DNA of 64,000 nucleotides, taken from NCBI GenBank assembly GCA_964291285.2, contig OZ219785.1:64001-128000 (forward strand), read 5' to 3'. The translations under genes were made by a program, and so were the position numbers. Position 1 is the first letter of the stretch, and each line of letters starts with the position of its first letter. This document shows, piece by piece, positions 19,460-28,932 of this stretch. A model generated the notes under the pieces. It was not told where the DNA came from. It did no database searches and worked only from the letters and a program-made list of their open reading frames with translations. This DNA is from Alphaproteobacteria bacterium. GTDB taxonomy: Bacteria; Pseudomonadota; Alphaproteobacteria; Bin95.

Positions 19460-19902
19460 TCCAGAGCGTCCTGCGTGCCGCCGTTGGCCGGCGCCGCCGG
19501 TTCCCGGGCGGAGCCGTCTCCGGTGTCCGGTTTTTCGGCTGCATCGGCCGTTTGCGAACGCGGGCCGCCCAGCATGTTGACCACACCCTGCGCGCCGGCG
19601 ACGACGATCTCGGTGATCGCCCGGTCGTTCCCCTCCCGGTCGCGGTATTCGCGCGTCGCGATCCGGCCCTCGACCATCACTGCATCGCCCTTGCGCAGCA
19701 TCGTTTCCACCGCCCCGACGGCCGGCCCGTACACAACGACCCGATGCCACTCGGTGGCCTCGGCGGGCCGGCCCTCGCGGTCAGTCCATTTCTCGGTGGT
19801 GGCGAGCGAGAAGGTCGCCGCCCTGCCGCCGTTCTTCAGGTCTCGGACATCCGGATCGCGACCCGCATGACCCACCAGAGTGGCCCGGTTCATGTTCAGC
19901 AT
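19456..19902 (-). CDS. ssb: Single-stranded DNA-binding protein
   Basis: MNRATLVGHAGRDP, FSLATTEKW, TEWHRVV, KGDAVMVEGRIATR. Confidence 0.92.
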   Translation of the reverse strand: MLNMNRATLVGHAGRDPDVRDLKNGGRAATFSLATTEKWTDREGRPAEATEWHRVVVYGPAVGAVETMLRKGDAVMVEGRIATREYRDREGNDRAITEIVVAGAQGVVNMLGGPRSQTADAAEKPDTGDGSAREPAAPANGGTQDALE

Positions 19903-19906
19903 GGCT

Positions 19907-20635
19907 TCAGTCCTCTTGTTGGGGGCTTGTCCCCCGGATCGGGGGAGCCTGTCCCCGCGAAGGCGGGGAGGGCAGGCGGGCTATCGATCCGGGACCGTCC
20001 CGGTTCTCGACCGGGGTCTCGGTAATGCGCAGCCGGGTTCCGGCCTGCTCGACCAGGCTCGGCGTCGCCGCGATTTCGAACCGCGCGGCGAGGCGCCCGC
20101 CCTGGTCGAAGAAGAAGGGGCGGCGGTGCCGCCGCATCAGGTCGAGCGGCCGCCCGGCGAGCAGCACGATCTTTGCGGGACGGTCATGGGCAAGCGCCCA
20201 GGCGATCTCGGCCTCCCGCCTGCCGTCGACGAACAGCAGGTCGCGGGCGAGCGTCATGCGCTCCAGCGGGTTGACCCGTGTGCCGGCGGCGGCGATGAGC
20301 ACGCCGTCGGCCGCCCGGATGTCCTCCGCGACCGTGATGGCGGGGTCCCACAGCCGGCGGCGCTCCCTCGCGGCGGGCGCGATGCCGGGCGCCGGGTCCG
20401 GTTCCTCCAGCGTCCGCCGGGCGTTGGCGCGGGCCTCGCTCTCCAGCCGCGCCAGCGCGCCGGTGCGTTCCAATTCGATCAGACGCGCCTCGATCTGTTC
20501 CAGAAGGTCGGGCTCGGCGACCGGCCATGTCGCACCGCGAACGCCCAGGTCCTTTGCGGATGCAGCGGACGGAATTCCCGCAACTGGCAGGGCGGCCAGC
20601 GTCGCGGCGAGCAGCAGGACGGCGGGGCGCCTCAT
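19907..20635 (-). CDS. traW: TraW
   Basis: KDLGVRGATWPVAEPDLL, GTRVNPL, FFFDQGGRL..RFEI.ATPSLV. Confidence 0.92.
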   Translation of the reverse strand: MRRPAVLLLAATLAALPVAGIPSAASAKDLGVRGATWPVAEPDLLEQIEARLIELERTGALARLESEARANARRTLEEPDPAPGIAPAARERRRLWDPAITVAEDIRAADGVLIAAAGTRVNPLERMTLARDLLFVDGRREAEIAWALAHDRPAKIVLLAGRPLDLMRRHRRPFFFDQGGRLAARFEIAATPSLVEQAGTRLRITETPVENRDGPGSIARLPSPPSRGQAPPIRGTSPQQED

Positions 20636-21228
20636 CGCGGCATCTCCGCTACCGGCGCCGCGCCGGCCTCGTTCACGTCCTCCGGCCCGACCAGCGGCCC
20701 CTCCAGGCCCAGCCAGGGAATGTCCGGCATGGCAACGGCGCGTCCGAGGATGCGCCTGCGCGGCACGAGGCCGATCTCCGCATAGCGGCTGTCGTGGGAG
20801 TCCGCATGATCGGCGTGCACGTAGAAATGCCCCGGCGGGATGATCCCGGGCGCGATGGCCCGGAGCAGTCGTCCGTCCAGTGCGTGCGTCTTCGCCCGGC
20901 CGGCGGGAACGCCGTCGAGCCGGACCGTCCCGTCCTCATCGACCGAGACCGTCATGCCCGGCACGCCGCGCACGGTCTTGAGATACGGCAATTCCGAGCC
21001 CACCGCCTCGGGCGGCTCGAACAGCACCCGGTGGCCGATCGCCGGGGCCTCGCCGAACAGCGGGAACGCGGCATAGCCCCAGGCCCCGTCCGACCAGCTC
21101 GCATTGACATGCAGATGCGAGGCCCCGGCGAGCCAGAGCACCGCCAGCGCAATCATGGCGGCGAGGGCGACATTGCGGCGGCGGGCCGGCGCCGACTTCA
21201 GGGCGAACGCCGCCCGCCCGGCAGTCAC
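20632..21228 (-). CDS. S26 conjugal signal peptidase (TrhF-like)
   Basis: VNASWS, YLKTVRGVPG, IPPGHFYV...DSHDSRY..IGLV. Confidence 0.85.
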   Translation of the reverse strand: MTAGRAAFALKSAPARRRNVALAAMIALAVLWLAGASHLHVNASWSDGAWGYAAFPLFGEAPAIGHRVLFEPPEAVGSELPYLKTVRGVPGMTVSVDEDGTVRLDGVPAGRAKTHALDGRLLRAIAPGIIPPGHFYVHADHADSHDSRYAEIGLVPRRRILGRAVAMPDIPWLGLEGPLVGPEDVNEAGAAPVAEMPR

Positions 21229-21620
21229 GGCTTCTCTCCGGCCGGCGTCGTTTCGCGCCGCGCCAGGAGCGCCGCCAGCGCCGCCTCCACTTCCGGCGTC
21301 AGGTCCGGCGCCCCGGCGGCGACCGCGCGCGCCGGCAGCAGCACCGCGCCGTGACGCCCGGATACCCGATCGAGCGCGGCTTCGAGCGCCTCGCCCCAGC
21401 TCCGCACGTCTTCCGCCGTTTGGCCCTCTGCCGCCGCTCGCGTGGTGTAGGCGGCGGTCATCTCGCCGAGCCGCACGCTGGCGATGGACGCGGCCTCGGG
21501 CGCGGCGAACCTCAGCATGGCCGCCGCGACCGCCGCCGCCACGGCGCCCGAGAGCAGCGCCGCTGACACCATCACCGGCCAGCTCGACGCGCTACGGTCC
21601 ATATCAGGCCTGCGCGGCAT
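21225..21620 (-). CDS. trbI: TrbI (F-type)-like protein
   Basis: N-terminal TM, VLLPARAVAAGAPDLT C-terminal motif, position upstream of the peptidase and traW; start uncertain. Confidence 0.6.
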   Translation of the reverse strand: MPRRPDMDRSASSWPVMVSAALLSGAVAAAVAAAMLRFAAPEAASIASVRLGEMTAAYTTRAAAEGQTAEDVRSWGEALEAALDRVSGRHGAVLLPARAVAAGAPDLTPEVEAALAALLARRETTPAGEKP

Positions 21621-21826
21621 CTGCGTCGTTCGTTCGGGAGATGGCCTCGCGCCGCTCTTCTTCCGCCCCGGCAAGCGCCCGGAAACGGGCGAGCCAGCTC
21701 TCGGCGGCCTTGTCCGGCGGCATCGGGCGGATGCGCCGCTTCAGCGGCGGGAAGGCGACACCGGCGCTCGCGGGCGCATCCTTCATAATGTCCCGGCGCT
21801 CGGCTGCGGCCGCCATTCTGGTGACG

Positions 21827-24046
21827 ATAGGGTCGGACCGAAGCGCCCTGTCGGCCTTACGGCCGCCGGGTTTCTTCGGCCCGCCCTCCGAACCGGACGT
21901 GCACCTTTCGTTATGCATCCGGCTCTCCAAAGGCTTTCGCGAAGTCGGGAGACCTCATCCATTTGAGCTCGAACCGCGCGACCCGAACGTAGGCCATGAG
22001 GTATTGCTCAACGCCGCCCTCGGCCCAGGCACGAGTGCCCGGATGGACCCGGCTACGCCGGAGCCATATCTTGGACAGCCTCCTCGTGGGAACGCGCTTG
22101 TGCTTACTCCGTAGCCACAGCCAGAGCCGATGGCCCACATACCGGTCCAGAGCGCACAGAATGCGCTTCGCACCGATGCAGTATCGGTAGTAGTTGGCCC
22201 ATCCCCGGAGGAGCGGATTGACTTCCTGGAGCATGCTTTCCAGCGACCGACCTTGCGTCTGCCGCCTGAGCACTTTCTTCACCCGCCAGCGGAAGTCGTT
22301 GACCACCTCCTTCGGGATTTCGACCCGGCACCAGTAGCCATACCGGTCGTCCCATTTGAGACGAACCAGACAGCCAAGGAACCGGAACCCTTCCGTCAGT
22401 GCGGTGACCCGCGTCTTCTGTTCCGATAGCGTCAGCCCCATCTCCTCGCGCAGCCATTCGGCAAGCGCCTGCCTTTCGGCAACCGCGTCCTCGTAGCTGC
22501 CGGACACGAAGATCAGGAAGTCGTCGGCATACCGGACCGGGTAGAGGACCAGTCGCCCGGCCCTCCTTTCCTTGATGCGCCGGACCGCAGCCCTTCTCGC
22601 CCCGTCTGTGCGAAGCTTGGGATCATGCGGGAGCCTGACCCACCGCCAGTACCGTTCCTCGATCGCGCTTAGCGCGATGTTGGCCAGCAACGGTGACAGA
22701 ACGCCCCCTTGAGGCGTGCCGGTGGCCGTCGGATTGTAAACAAAATCCTCCAGCACTCCGGCCTTGAGGAACCGCACGATCAGCCGGTTCACCTTCCGAT
22801 CCGCGCAGGATTTCCGCACGCGGTCCATCAGGTGGTGATGGCCGATATTGTCGAAGCAGCCCTCGATGTCGCCTTCAATCACCCATTGATAGGGAGGGTC
22901 GCGATGCACTCCATCCGCCGCGATTTTGGAGGGGCGAATGGTCTGCCGGATGTGTTCGAGTGCGCCATGGCAGCCCCGTCCGGGCCGGAACCCGTAGGAG
23001 ACTTGCCAGAAACGCGCCTCGAAGATCGGCTCCAGGATATTCTTGACCGCGCATTGCACCACGCGATCAGCGACGGTGGGGATACCGAGGGGTCGGAACT
23101 TTCCCGGTCTGCCCGGCTTCGGAATCCACTTTCGCCTCGCGGGCGACGGTCGGTAGCTGCCGTTCCGCAGCGCCTCCCGCAACCCGTCCAGAAAGAGCGG
23201 TACGCCTCCGTCGCCGGCGGCGATTTTCGCCACCGTCAACCCGTCGACACCCGGCGTCCGTCTGCCCTTATTGTGGGCAATCGTCTGCCAAGCACAGCGA
23301 AGATTGCGCGGATCGGTTACCCAGTTCCACACATCGCCGTAGGCACCTTCGGGCGTCTCCTTACTCCACTGGTACAACTTCCGCTGCACGCTGAGGAGCC
23401 AAGCCTTTTCGGCCTGATTATCGAAGTCCATCGACAGTCCCTCCGTCATGAAAGTCGTTCCACCTTCTGCCCCCCTTCGCCATGTGCGCGGCTTTCCCGC
23501 GCTCCGACTACTACGAGGGCTCTGCCCCCATGCAGACCGTCTCCGTTCTCCGCGGCTAGCCCGGCTCCGTACCGGGCGGACGGCATGGGTTCCCGTGTTC
23601 CGATGACAAACCTCAGACCCTTAGGCGGCATGCTCTACCCCTTGCGGCTCGGGGATACGGGATAGAAGGGTTGACCCGTATCCGAGTGCGATTGGCGCAC
23701 CCACCAGAAGGCAACGCTTAGGCCAACCGGTTCGGTCCGCATTCCCTCCGCCCCGTCGGGCCATTGAGGGTCGAGCTGTAAGTAAAGAGGCTTCCGACGC
23801 ATGCTTCGCATGTCGCTCGCCATAGGTCCTGTGGTAGCCCGGCCCGCGAGCGACGGCTCGCGTCCGGTCCAGTTCAGGTCGCAGCTTTTTCGCCCCGCCG
23901 CCGGAAAACGGCGGAACTTAGCGACCCCCTTCCGTCCGGCACCCTCCGCCGGACGGGGTGGCGTTTCAGCCACCGGTCGATCATCGGCACGACCAAGCCG
24001 TTGAGTTAACTCATGTTTTCTCTCCTTCTTGGTCTTCACGGCGCAC
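21827..24046 (-). mobile_element. Group II intron (about 2.2 kb)
   Basis: 5' GTGCG at 24046; domain V GAGCCGGATGC...CACGTCCGGTTC near 21926-21889; domain VI hairpin ending CCCTAT at 21827; encodes an RT. Confidence 0.92.
21911..23449 (-). CDS. ltrA: Group II intron reverse transcriptase/maturase, no endonuclease domain
   Basis: TPGVDG, RPLGIPTVADRVVQ, SYGFRPGR, GTPQGGVLSPLLANI, RYADDF, NPLLRGWANYY; ends GEPDA* inside domain V. Confidence 0.95.
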   Translation of the reverse strand: MTEGLSMDFDNQAEKAWLLSVQRKLYQWSKETPEGAYGDVWNWVTDPRNLRCAWQTIAHNKGRRTPGVDGLTVAKIAAGDGGVPLFLDGLREALRNGSYRPSPARRKWIPKPGRPGKFRPLGIPTVADRVVQCAVKNILEPIFEARFWQVSYGFRPGRGCHGALEHIRQTIRPSKIAADGVHRDPPYQWVIEGDIEGCFDNIGHHHLMDRVRKSCADRKVNRLIVRFLKAGVLEDFVYNPTATGTPQGGVLSPLLANIALSAIEERYWRWVRLPHDPKLRTDGARRAAVRRIKERRAGRLVLYPVRYADDFLIFVSGSYEDAVAERQALAEWLREEMGLTLSEQKTRVTALTEGFRFLGCLVRLKWDDRYGYWCRVEIPKEVVNDFRWRVKKVLRRQTQGRSLESMLQEVNPLLRGWANYYRYCIGAKRILCALDRYVGHRLWLWLRSKHKRVPTRRLSKIWLRRSRVHPGTRAWAEGGVEQYLMAYVRVARFELKWMRSPDFAKAFGEPDA

Positions 24047-26658
24047 TCGCGCAGCAGCTCTTCCTGCTCGCGGTCACCGTGGCGTCCTTCCCGGTGCTCT
24101 ACGTCTCGCTCGAACTGCCCAAGCAGATCATCAACGACGCCATCAGCGGCTCGGGCTTCCCCCGGTCGCTGCTCGGGCTGGAGCTCGGGCAGATCGAGTA
24201 TCTGATGGTGCTGAGCTTCGCCTTCCTCGGCCTCGTGCTCCTGAACGGCGCCTTCAAATTCGCCATCAACACCGGCAAGGGCCGCCTCGGCGAACGGCTG
24301 CTGCGCCGCCTGCGCTACGACCTCTATTCGCGCCTGCTGCGCTTCCCGCTGCCGGTCTTCAAGCGCACGGGCCAGGGCGAGATCATCCCGATGGTGACGC
24401 AGGAGGTCGAGCCGCTCGGCGGCTTCATGGGCGATGCGCTGGCCCAGCCGGTCTATCAGCTGGGCTACCTCGTCACCATCGGCGCCTTCATGCTGATCCA
24501 GGAGCCCATTCTCGGCCTTGCCGCGCTCGCGCTCTACCCGTTCCAGATGTATGCGATCCCGAAGCTCCAGCGCCGGGTGACCGCGCTCGCCAAGCAGCGC
24601 GTGCAGCATGTGCGCCGGCTGTCCGACCGGATCGGCGAGTCGATCTCGACCATCGAGGCCGTCCACGCCGATGACGGCTCCAACCGGCTGCGCGCCGACA
24701 TCGCCAGCCGCCTCGGCGGCATCTACGACATCCGCTACGAGATCTTCCGGCGCAAGTTCTTCATCAAGTTCCTCAACAATTTCCTGGCGCAGCTCACCCC
24801 CTTCTTCTTCTACTCGATCGGCGGCTACCTGATCATCGAGGGTCGCCTCAGCTTCGGCGCCATGGTCGCCGTGCTCGCCGCCTACAAGGACATGTCCGCG
24901 CCCTGGAAGGAGTTGCTGGCCTACTACCAGCAGCAGGCCGACGCGCGCATCAAATACGACCAGGTCGTCCAGCAGTTCGATCCGCCCGGCATGATCGACG
25001 AGGCCCTGCAGGTGGAGGAGGCCGAGGCCCTGCCGCAGATCCGGCCGGACAGCCGGCTCGGGTTTGAGAATGCTGCTTATGCGGAGGACGAGATCTCCCA
25101 GCCGGTGCGCAGCGCCACCCTGTCGCTCGGCCTGGGCGAACATGTCGCCATCGTCGGCCCGAGCGGCGGCGGCAAGGAGGAGCTCGGCCTGCTCGCCGCC
25201 CGGCTGGCCACCGTCACCGGCGGGCGCGCGCATCTGGACGGCACTGCGCTCGCCGACCTGCCGCAGGCGGTGTTCGGGCGCCAGGCGGCCTATGTCGGGC
25301 CGAACGCCAGCCTCTTCAACACGACCGTGCGCGAGAACCTGCTGTTCGGCCTGCGCCACCGGCCGCTGCGGCCCGCCGACCTCGACCCGGAGGACGCCGC
25401 CCGCCGCGACGCCCGCGCGGCCGAGGCCCGGCGCTCCGGCAACAGCGACGCCGATTTCGGCGCGGACTGGGTGGACTACGAGGCCGCCGGCGCCGCCCCC
25501 GGCCGGGAGATGGCGCGCCGGATGGTGGAGGTGCTGACGGCCGTCGGCCTCGACGACGACCTCTACACGCTGGGCCTGCGCGGCGTGCTCGACCCGGACG
25601 CCCATGCGGGCCTCGCCGAACGGGTGCTGGAGGCGCGCGCCGCACTCCGCTCCCGCCTCGACGCGCCGGGCGCGGCCGCCCCCATCGAGCCCTTCGACGC
25701 CGGCGCCTACAATGTCAACGCCACGCTCGCCGAGAACCTCCTGTTCGGCGCGCCCATCGGCCCGGCCTTCGAGGTCGGGAACTTGGCCGGCCACCCCTTC
25801 GTGCGCGGCGTGCTGGAGGAAGCCGGCCTGCTGGACCGGCTGGAGGGCATCGGCCTCCAGGTGGCGAAGATCATGGTGGAGCTGTTCGCCGACATCGACC
25901 CCGGCCACGAGCTCTTCCAGCAGTTCTCCTTCATCGACGCCGACGACCTGCCCGACTTCCGGGCGATCGCCGCGCGCGCCGACCGGCTGGGGCTGGAGGG
26001 GCTGGAGGGGGAGGAACGCGAGCGGCTGCTCGGCCTGCCCTTCCTGCTGATCCCGGAGCGCCACCGCCTCGGCCTCATCGACGACGCCATCCGCGCCGAC
26101 CTGCTCGAGGCGCGCCGCCTCTTCCGCGAGCGCCTGCCGGAGGCGGACCGCGCCTCGGTCGAGTTCTTCGACGCCGACCGCTATGCGGCGCAGGCGAGCC
26201 TCCAGGACAACATCCTGTTCGGGCGCATCCGCCACGGCGAGGCCCACGGCGCGGCCCGGGTGAGCGCGCTGCTCGGCGAGGTCGTGGACGAGGTCGGCAT
26301 CCGCGAGGCGGTGATGGAGGCGGGGCTCGCCTTCGAGGTCGGCATCGGCGGCAGCCGCCTGACGCAGACCCAGCGCCAGAAGCTCGCCTTCGCCCGCGCG
26401 CTGCTCAAGCGCCCGGCGCTGCTGGTGGTCAACATGGCGACCGCCGGCGTCGAGCGGGTGGCGCGCCAGATGCTCTTCCTCGCCGCCCGCACGGCGATGG
26501 AGGGGCGCGGGATCGTGTGGGTGCTGGAATCGCCGGAGCTGGCGGAGAGCTTCCCGCGCACCGTCGTCGTCGAGGACGGGCGCACGGTCGAGGACGGCAC
26601 ATACGGGGAGCTGAGCGCGGCCGGCGGCCCGCTCGCCCGGCTCCTGCGGCAGTCATGA
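24013..26658 (+). CDS. ABC transporter TMD+NBD fusion, N-terminus replaced by intron sequence
   Basis: LELPKQIINDAI, multi-TM region, degenerate Walker A GPSGGGKEEL, GSRLTQTQRQKLAFARALL; the first 11 codons are the antisense strand of the intron 5' end. Confidence 0.85.
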   Translation: MFSLLLGLHGALAQQLFLLAVTVASFPVLYVSLELPKQIINDAISGSGFPRSLLGLELGQIEYLMVLSFAFLGLVLLNGAFKFAINTGKGRLGERLLRRLRYDLYSRLLRFPLPVFKRTGQGEIIPMVTQEVEPLGGFMGDALAQPVYQLGYLVTIGAFMLIQEPILGLAALALYPFQMYAIPKLQRRVTALAKQRVQHVRRLSDRIGESISTIEAVHADDGSNRLRADIASRLGGIYDIRYEIFRRKFFIKFLNNFLAQLTPFFFYSIGGYLIIEGRLSFGAMVAVLAAYKDMSAPWKELLAYYQQQADARIKYDQVVQQFDPPGMIDEALQVEEAEALPQIRPDSRLGFENAAYAEDEISQPVRSATLSLGLGEHVAIVGPSGGGKEELGLLAARLATVTGGRAHLDGTALADLPQAVFGRQAAYVGPNASLFNTTVRENLLFGLRHRPLRPADLDPEDAARRDARAAEARRSGNSDADFGADWVDYEAAGAAPGREMARRMVEVLTAVGLDDDLYTLGLRGVLDPDAHAGLAERVLEARAALRSRLDAPGAAAPIEPFDAGAYNVNATLAENLLFGAPIGPAFEVGNLAGHPFVRGVLEEAGLLDRLEGIGLQVAKIMVELFADIDPGHELFQQFSFIDADDLPDFRAIAARADRLGLEGLEGEERERLLGLPFLLIPERHRLGLIDDAIRADLLEARRLFRERLPEADRASVEFFDADRYAAQASLQDNILFGRIRHGEAHGAARVSALLGEVVDEVGIREAVMEAGLAFEVGIGGSRLTQTQRQKLAFARALLKRPALLVVNMATAGVERVARQMLFLAARTAMEGRGIVWVLESPELAESFPRTVVVEDGRTVEDGTYGELSAAGGPLARLLRQS

Positions 26659-26671
26659 GGAGGAACGGACC

Positions 26672-27130
26672 ATGGCGCTGAACGAAGAAGTCGAGGCGCT
26701 CCGCGCCATCCCGCTGTTCCAGCGCATCGAGGCCTCGAAGCTGCGCCTGCTCGCCTTCACCAGCGAGCGGGTGCGCTTCCGGCCGGGCGACCTCGTGGTG
26801 GAGGAGGGCGATATCGGCGATGCCGCCTACATCGTGCTGGAGGGCGCGGCCGAGGTGCTGGTCGAGACCCCCCAGGGCCCGCTCAAGGTGGCCGACCTCG
26901 GCAGGAACGACATCATCGGCGAGATCGCGATCCTGATCGACGTGCCGAGGACCGCCACCGTGCGCACGACGGAGGCGATGACGGCGCTGCGCATCTCCAA
27001 GGAGCTGTTCTTCCGCCTGGTGGCCGAGTTCCCGCAGATGGCGGTCGAGATCATGCGCGAGCTCGCCCAGCGCCTCGACAAGACCACCCACGACCTCCGC
27101 GAAGCCCGCGCGCAGCTTGCCGCGGGGTGA
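26672..27130 (+). CDS. Cyclic-nucleotide-binding domain protein
   Basis: EGDIGDAAYIVLEG, IGEIAILIDVPRTATV; GAGGAGG RBS. Confidence 0.92.
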   Translation: MALNEEVEALRAIPLFQRIEASKLRLLAFTSERVRFRPGDLVVEEGDIGDAAYIVLEGAAEVLVETPQGPLKVADLGRNDIIGEIAILIDVPRTATVRTTEAMTALRISKELFFRLVAEFPQMAVEIMRELAQRLDKTTHDLREARAQLAAG

Positions 27131-27173
27131 GCGGGGGACCCGTGGACCGGAACCAGCACCGACCGCCGGACGG

Positions 27174-27380
27174 CCCTTCCCTCGCTCGCAGGGAGACGGC
27201 GCGCGGAGTCTCCTCCCCCGCTTCCGGGAACACGGCGCACAAACTCCCCTCCCCCGCTTGCGGGGGAGGCCGGGTGGGGGCCCGCTTCCGCGCCAGCGGA
27301 AGCGGCGGGCAAAGCCCGGCAAGGACCCGTCACGCCGCGAGACCCTCCCCCAACCCCTCCCGCAAGCGGGAGGGGGGAAA
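27174..27380. repeat. REP/RPE-like palindrome cluster
   Basis: CCCTCCCCCGCTTGCGGGGGAGG and CCCCTCCCGCAAGCGGGAGGGGG hairpins; related copies at 27987-28142 and 38709-38733. Confidence 0.75.
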
Positions 27381-27449
27381 AGGGGCCGCATCCCGCCTTC
27401 GCGGGGGCAGGCGGGCCGCGGGAGCAGGCGGGGCGCGGGACGCCCCGGC

Positions 27450-27941
27450 ATGACGCGGCTCGACAGCGCCATCCGCCGCCTGACGGCCCAGCGCGCCTGC
27501 CTCGACCGGGCGGCGGCGCTGGTCGCGGACGTGCCGGGCCCGGTGCTGGAACTCGGGCTCGGCAACGGGCGCACCTACGACCATCTCCGCGCCCGCCTGC
27601 CGGACCGCGACATCTTCGTGTTCGAGCGCGCCCCGGCCGCCCACCCGGACTGCACGCCGCCCGAAGACCGCCTCGTCATCGGCGACTTCCTCGACACGCT
27701 GCCCCGTGTCCGCCTGCCCGCCCCCGCCGCCCTCGTCCACGCCGACATCGGCACCGGCGACAGGCAGGCCTCGCTGGCGCTCGCCGCCGCGCTCGCCCCC
27801 CTGCTGCCCCGCCTGACGGCCCCCGGCGCCGTGCTCGCCGGCGACCAGCCCATGCCGCTCCCCGGCTGGACGGAGGAACCGCTGCCAGACGGCGTCGCCC
27901 CGGGCCGCTACCGCCTCTACCGGCGGCCGATGGCGGGCTGA
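27450..27941 (+). CDS. Class I SAM-dependent methyltransferase
   Basis: MTRLDSAIRRLTAQR...VLELGLGNGRTYDHLR. Confidence 0.85.
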   Translation: MTRLDSAIRRLTAQRACLDRAAALVADVPGPVLELGLGNGRTYDHLRARLPDRDIFVFERAPAAHPDCTPPEDRLVIGDFLDTLPRVRLPAPAALVHADIGTGDRQASLALAAALAPLLPRLTAPGAVLAGDQPMPLPGWTEEPLPDGVAPGRYRLYRRPMAG

Positions 27942-27986
27942 GCGGGCGGCGGAGCCCGGCAAGCAACCTCCCGTCACGCCGAGGGA

Positions 27987-28142
27987 CCCTCACCCAACCT
28001 CTCCCGCCCAGCGGGAGAGGGGTTTTCACGGGAGCGGGTCGCCTCCTTCTATTCCCCTGTCCTCCCGCCTCCCTCTGTTTCCCCTCCCCCGCTTGCGGGG
28101 GAGGACGGGTGGGGGGCCGCTTTCGCGCCAGCGGAAGCGGCG
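27987..28142. repeat. REP/RPE-like palindrome pair
   Basis: CCTCTCCCGCCCAGCGGGAGAGG and CCTCCCCCGCTTGCGGGGGAGG; shares CGCGCCAGCGGAAGCGGCG with 27289-27307. Confidence 0.7.
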
Positions 28143-28187
28143 ACGGAGCCTTATATCACAAAATCCGGCAAAAATTCCTTCTGAGGG

Positions 28188-28216
28188 CTTGCATCCCGCC
28201 CGTTTGTTCCCTATAT
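28188..28216 (+). promoter_or_regulatory. Sigma70-type promoter
   Basis: CTTGCA-N17-CTATAT with an AT-rich upstream tract, close to the alphaproteobacterial CTTGAC-N17-CTATAT consensus. Confidence 0.55.
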
Positions 28217-28476
28217 ACCCCTCGGAAAGCTATGCCAGACCGAGAGGAAGCGAGGCGATGACGTGGAAGTGAACCGGGGCGCCGGGCGGCGCCTCGCGAG
28301 GGATCTGGGAGCTGTGTCGAGGGGTGACACACCAACAGGACAGGTGCGCGCGCCCGCAGGCCGGCACGGGGCCCCGGCTCGTTGGGCCTGGAACGAATCC
28401 GGGGCGGCCGGCGGGGTGAAAAAGGGCCCGGCCGGCGCACTCACCTGAAACGGCGACGGAAAGGAAGACGGACAGG

Positions 28477-28932
28477 ATGGCGGACGGGCTGGGAGGCCGG
28501 AGGCCGGGCAAGGCGGTGGGCGAGGACCTGCGCCGCCGGGCGGTGGCGGCGGTGCTGGAGCGGGGGATGAGCTACCGCGCGGTGGCGCTGAAATTCGAGG
28601 TGTGCGCGACCAGCGTGCTCCGGTGGGTCCGGCGCTTCGAGGAGCGCGGCGATGTCCGGGCGGACCCGCCCCGGGGCCGGCGGTCGCGGATCGAGGAAGA
28701 GCGCGCCCGCGTGTTCCGCATCCTGAAGCGGCGCCCGGCCATCACCGTCCCGGCCTTGCGGCGGGCGCTCGCCGCCAGGGGCCTCACCGTCGGCGACGCC
28801 GCGGTGAAACGCTTCCTGAAACGCCACGGCCTGCAACGCAGGCAGCGCCTCGCGGGGCGGGCATCGGCTTCGAGCTTCGTTTACCATGCGCCGGCCGGTG
28901 GGGGCGGTGCACAGGAGGAGGAGAGCCGATGA
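28477..28932 (+). CDS. IS630-type helix-turn-helix protein, no DDE domain
   Basis: GEDLRRRAVAAV..GMSYRAVA.KFEV..TSV.RW...ITV..LR..LA.RG..V....V.RFLKRHGL. Confidence 0.7.
   Translation: MADGLGGRRPGKAVGEDLRRRAVAAVLERGMSYRAVALKFEVCATSVLRWVRRFEERGDVRADPPRGRRSRIEEERARVFRILKRRPAITVPALRRALAARGLTVGDAAVKRFLKRHGLQRRQRLAGRASASSFVYHAPAGGGGAQEEESR

Noticed and set aside
21911-23449. RT as a retron, DGR or defence RT
   Set aside because: It has a maturase domain and clear group II intron boundaries with domains V and VI.
27174-28142. Palindromic repeats as a CRISPR array
   Set aside because: Spacing is irregular, units are variable and inverted, and there are no cas genes; these are REP-like.
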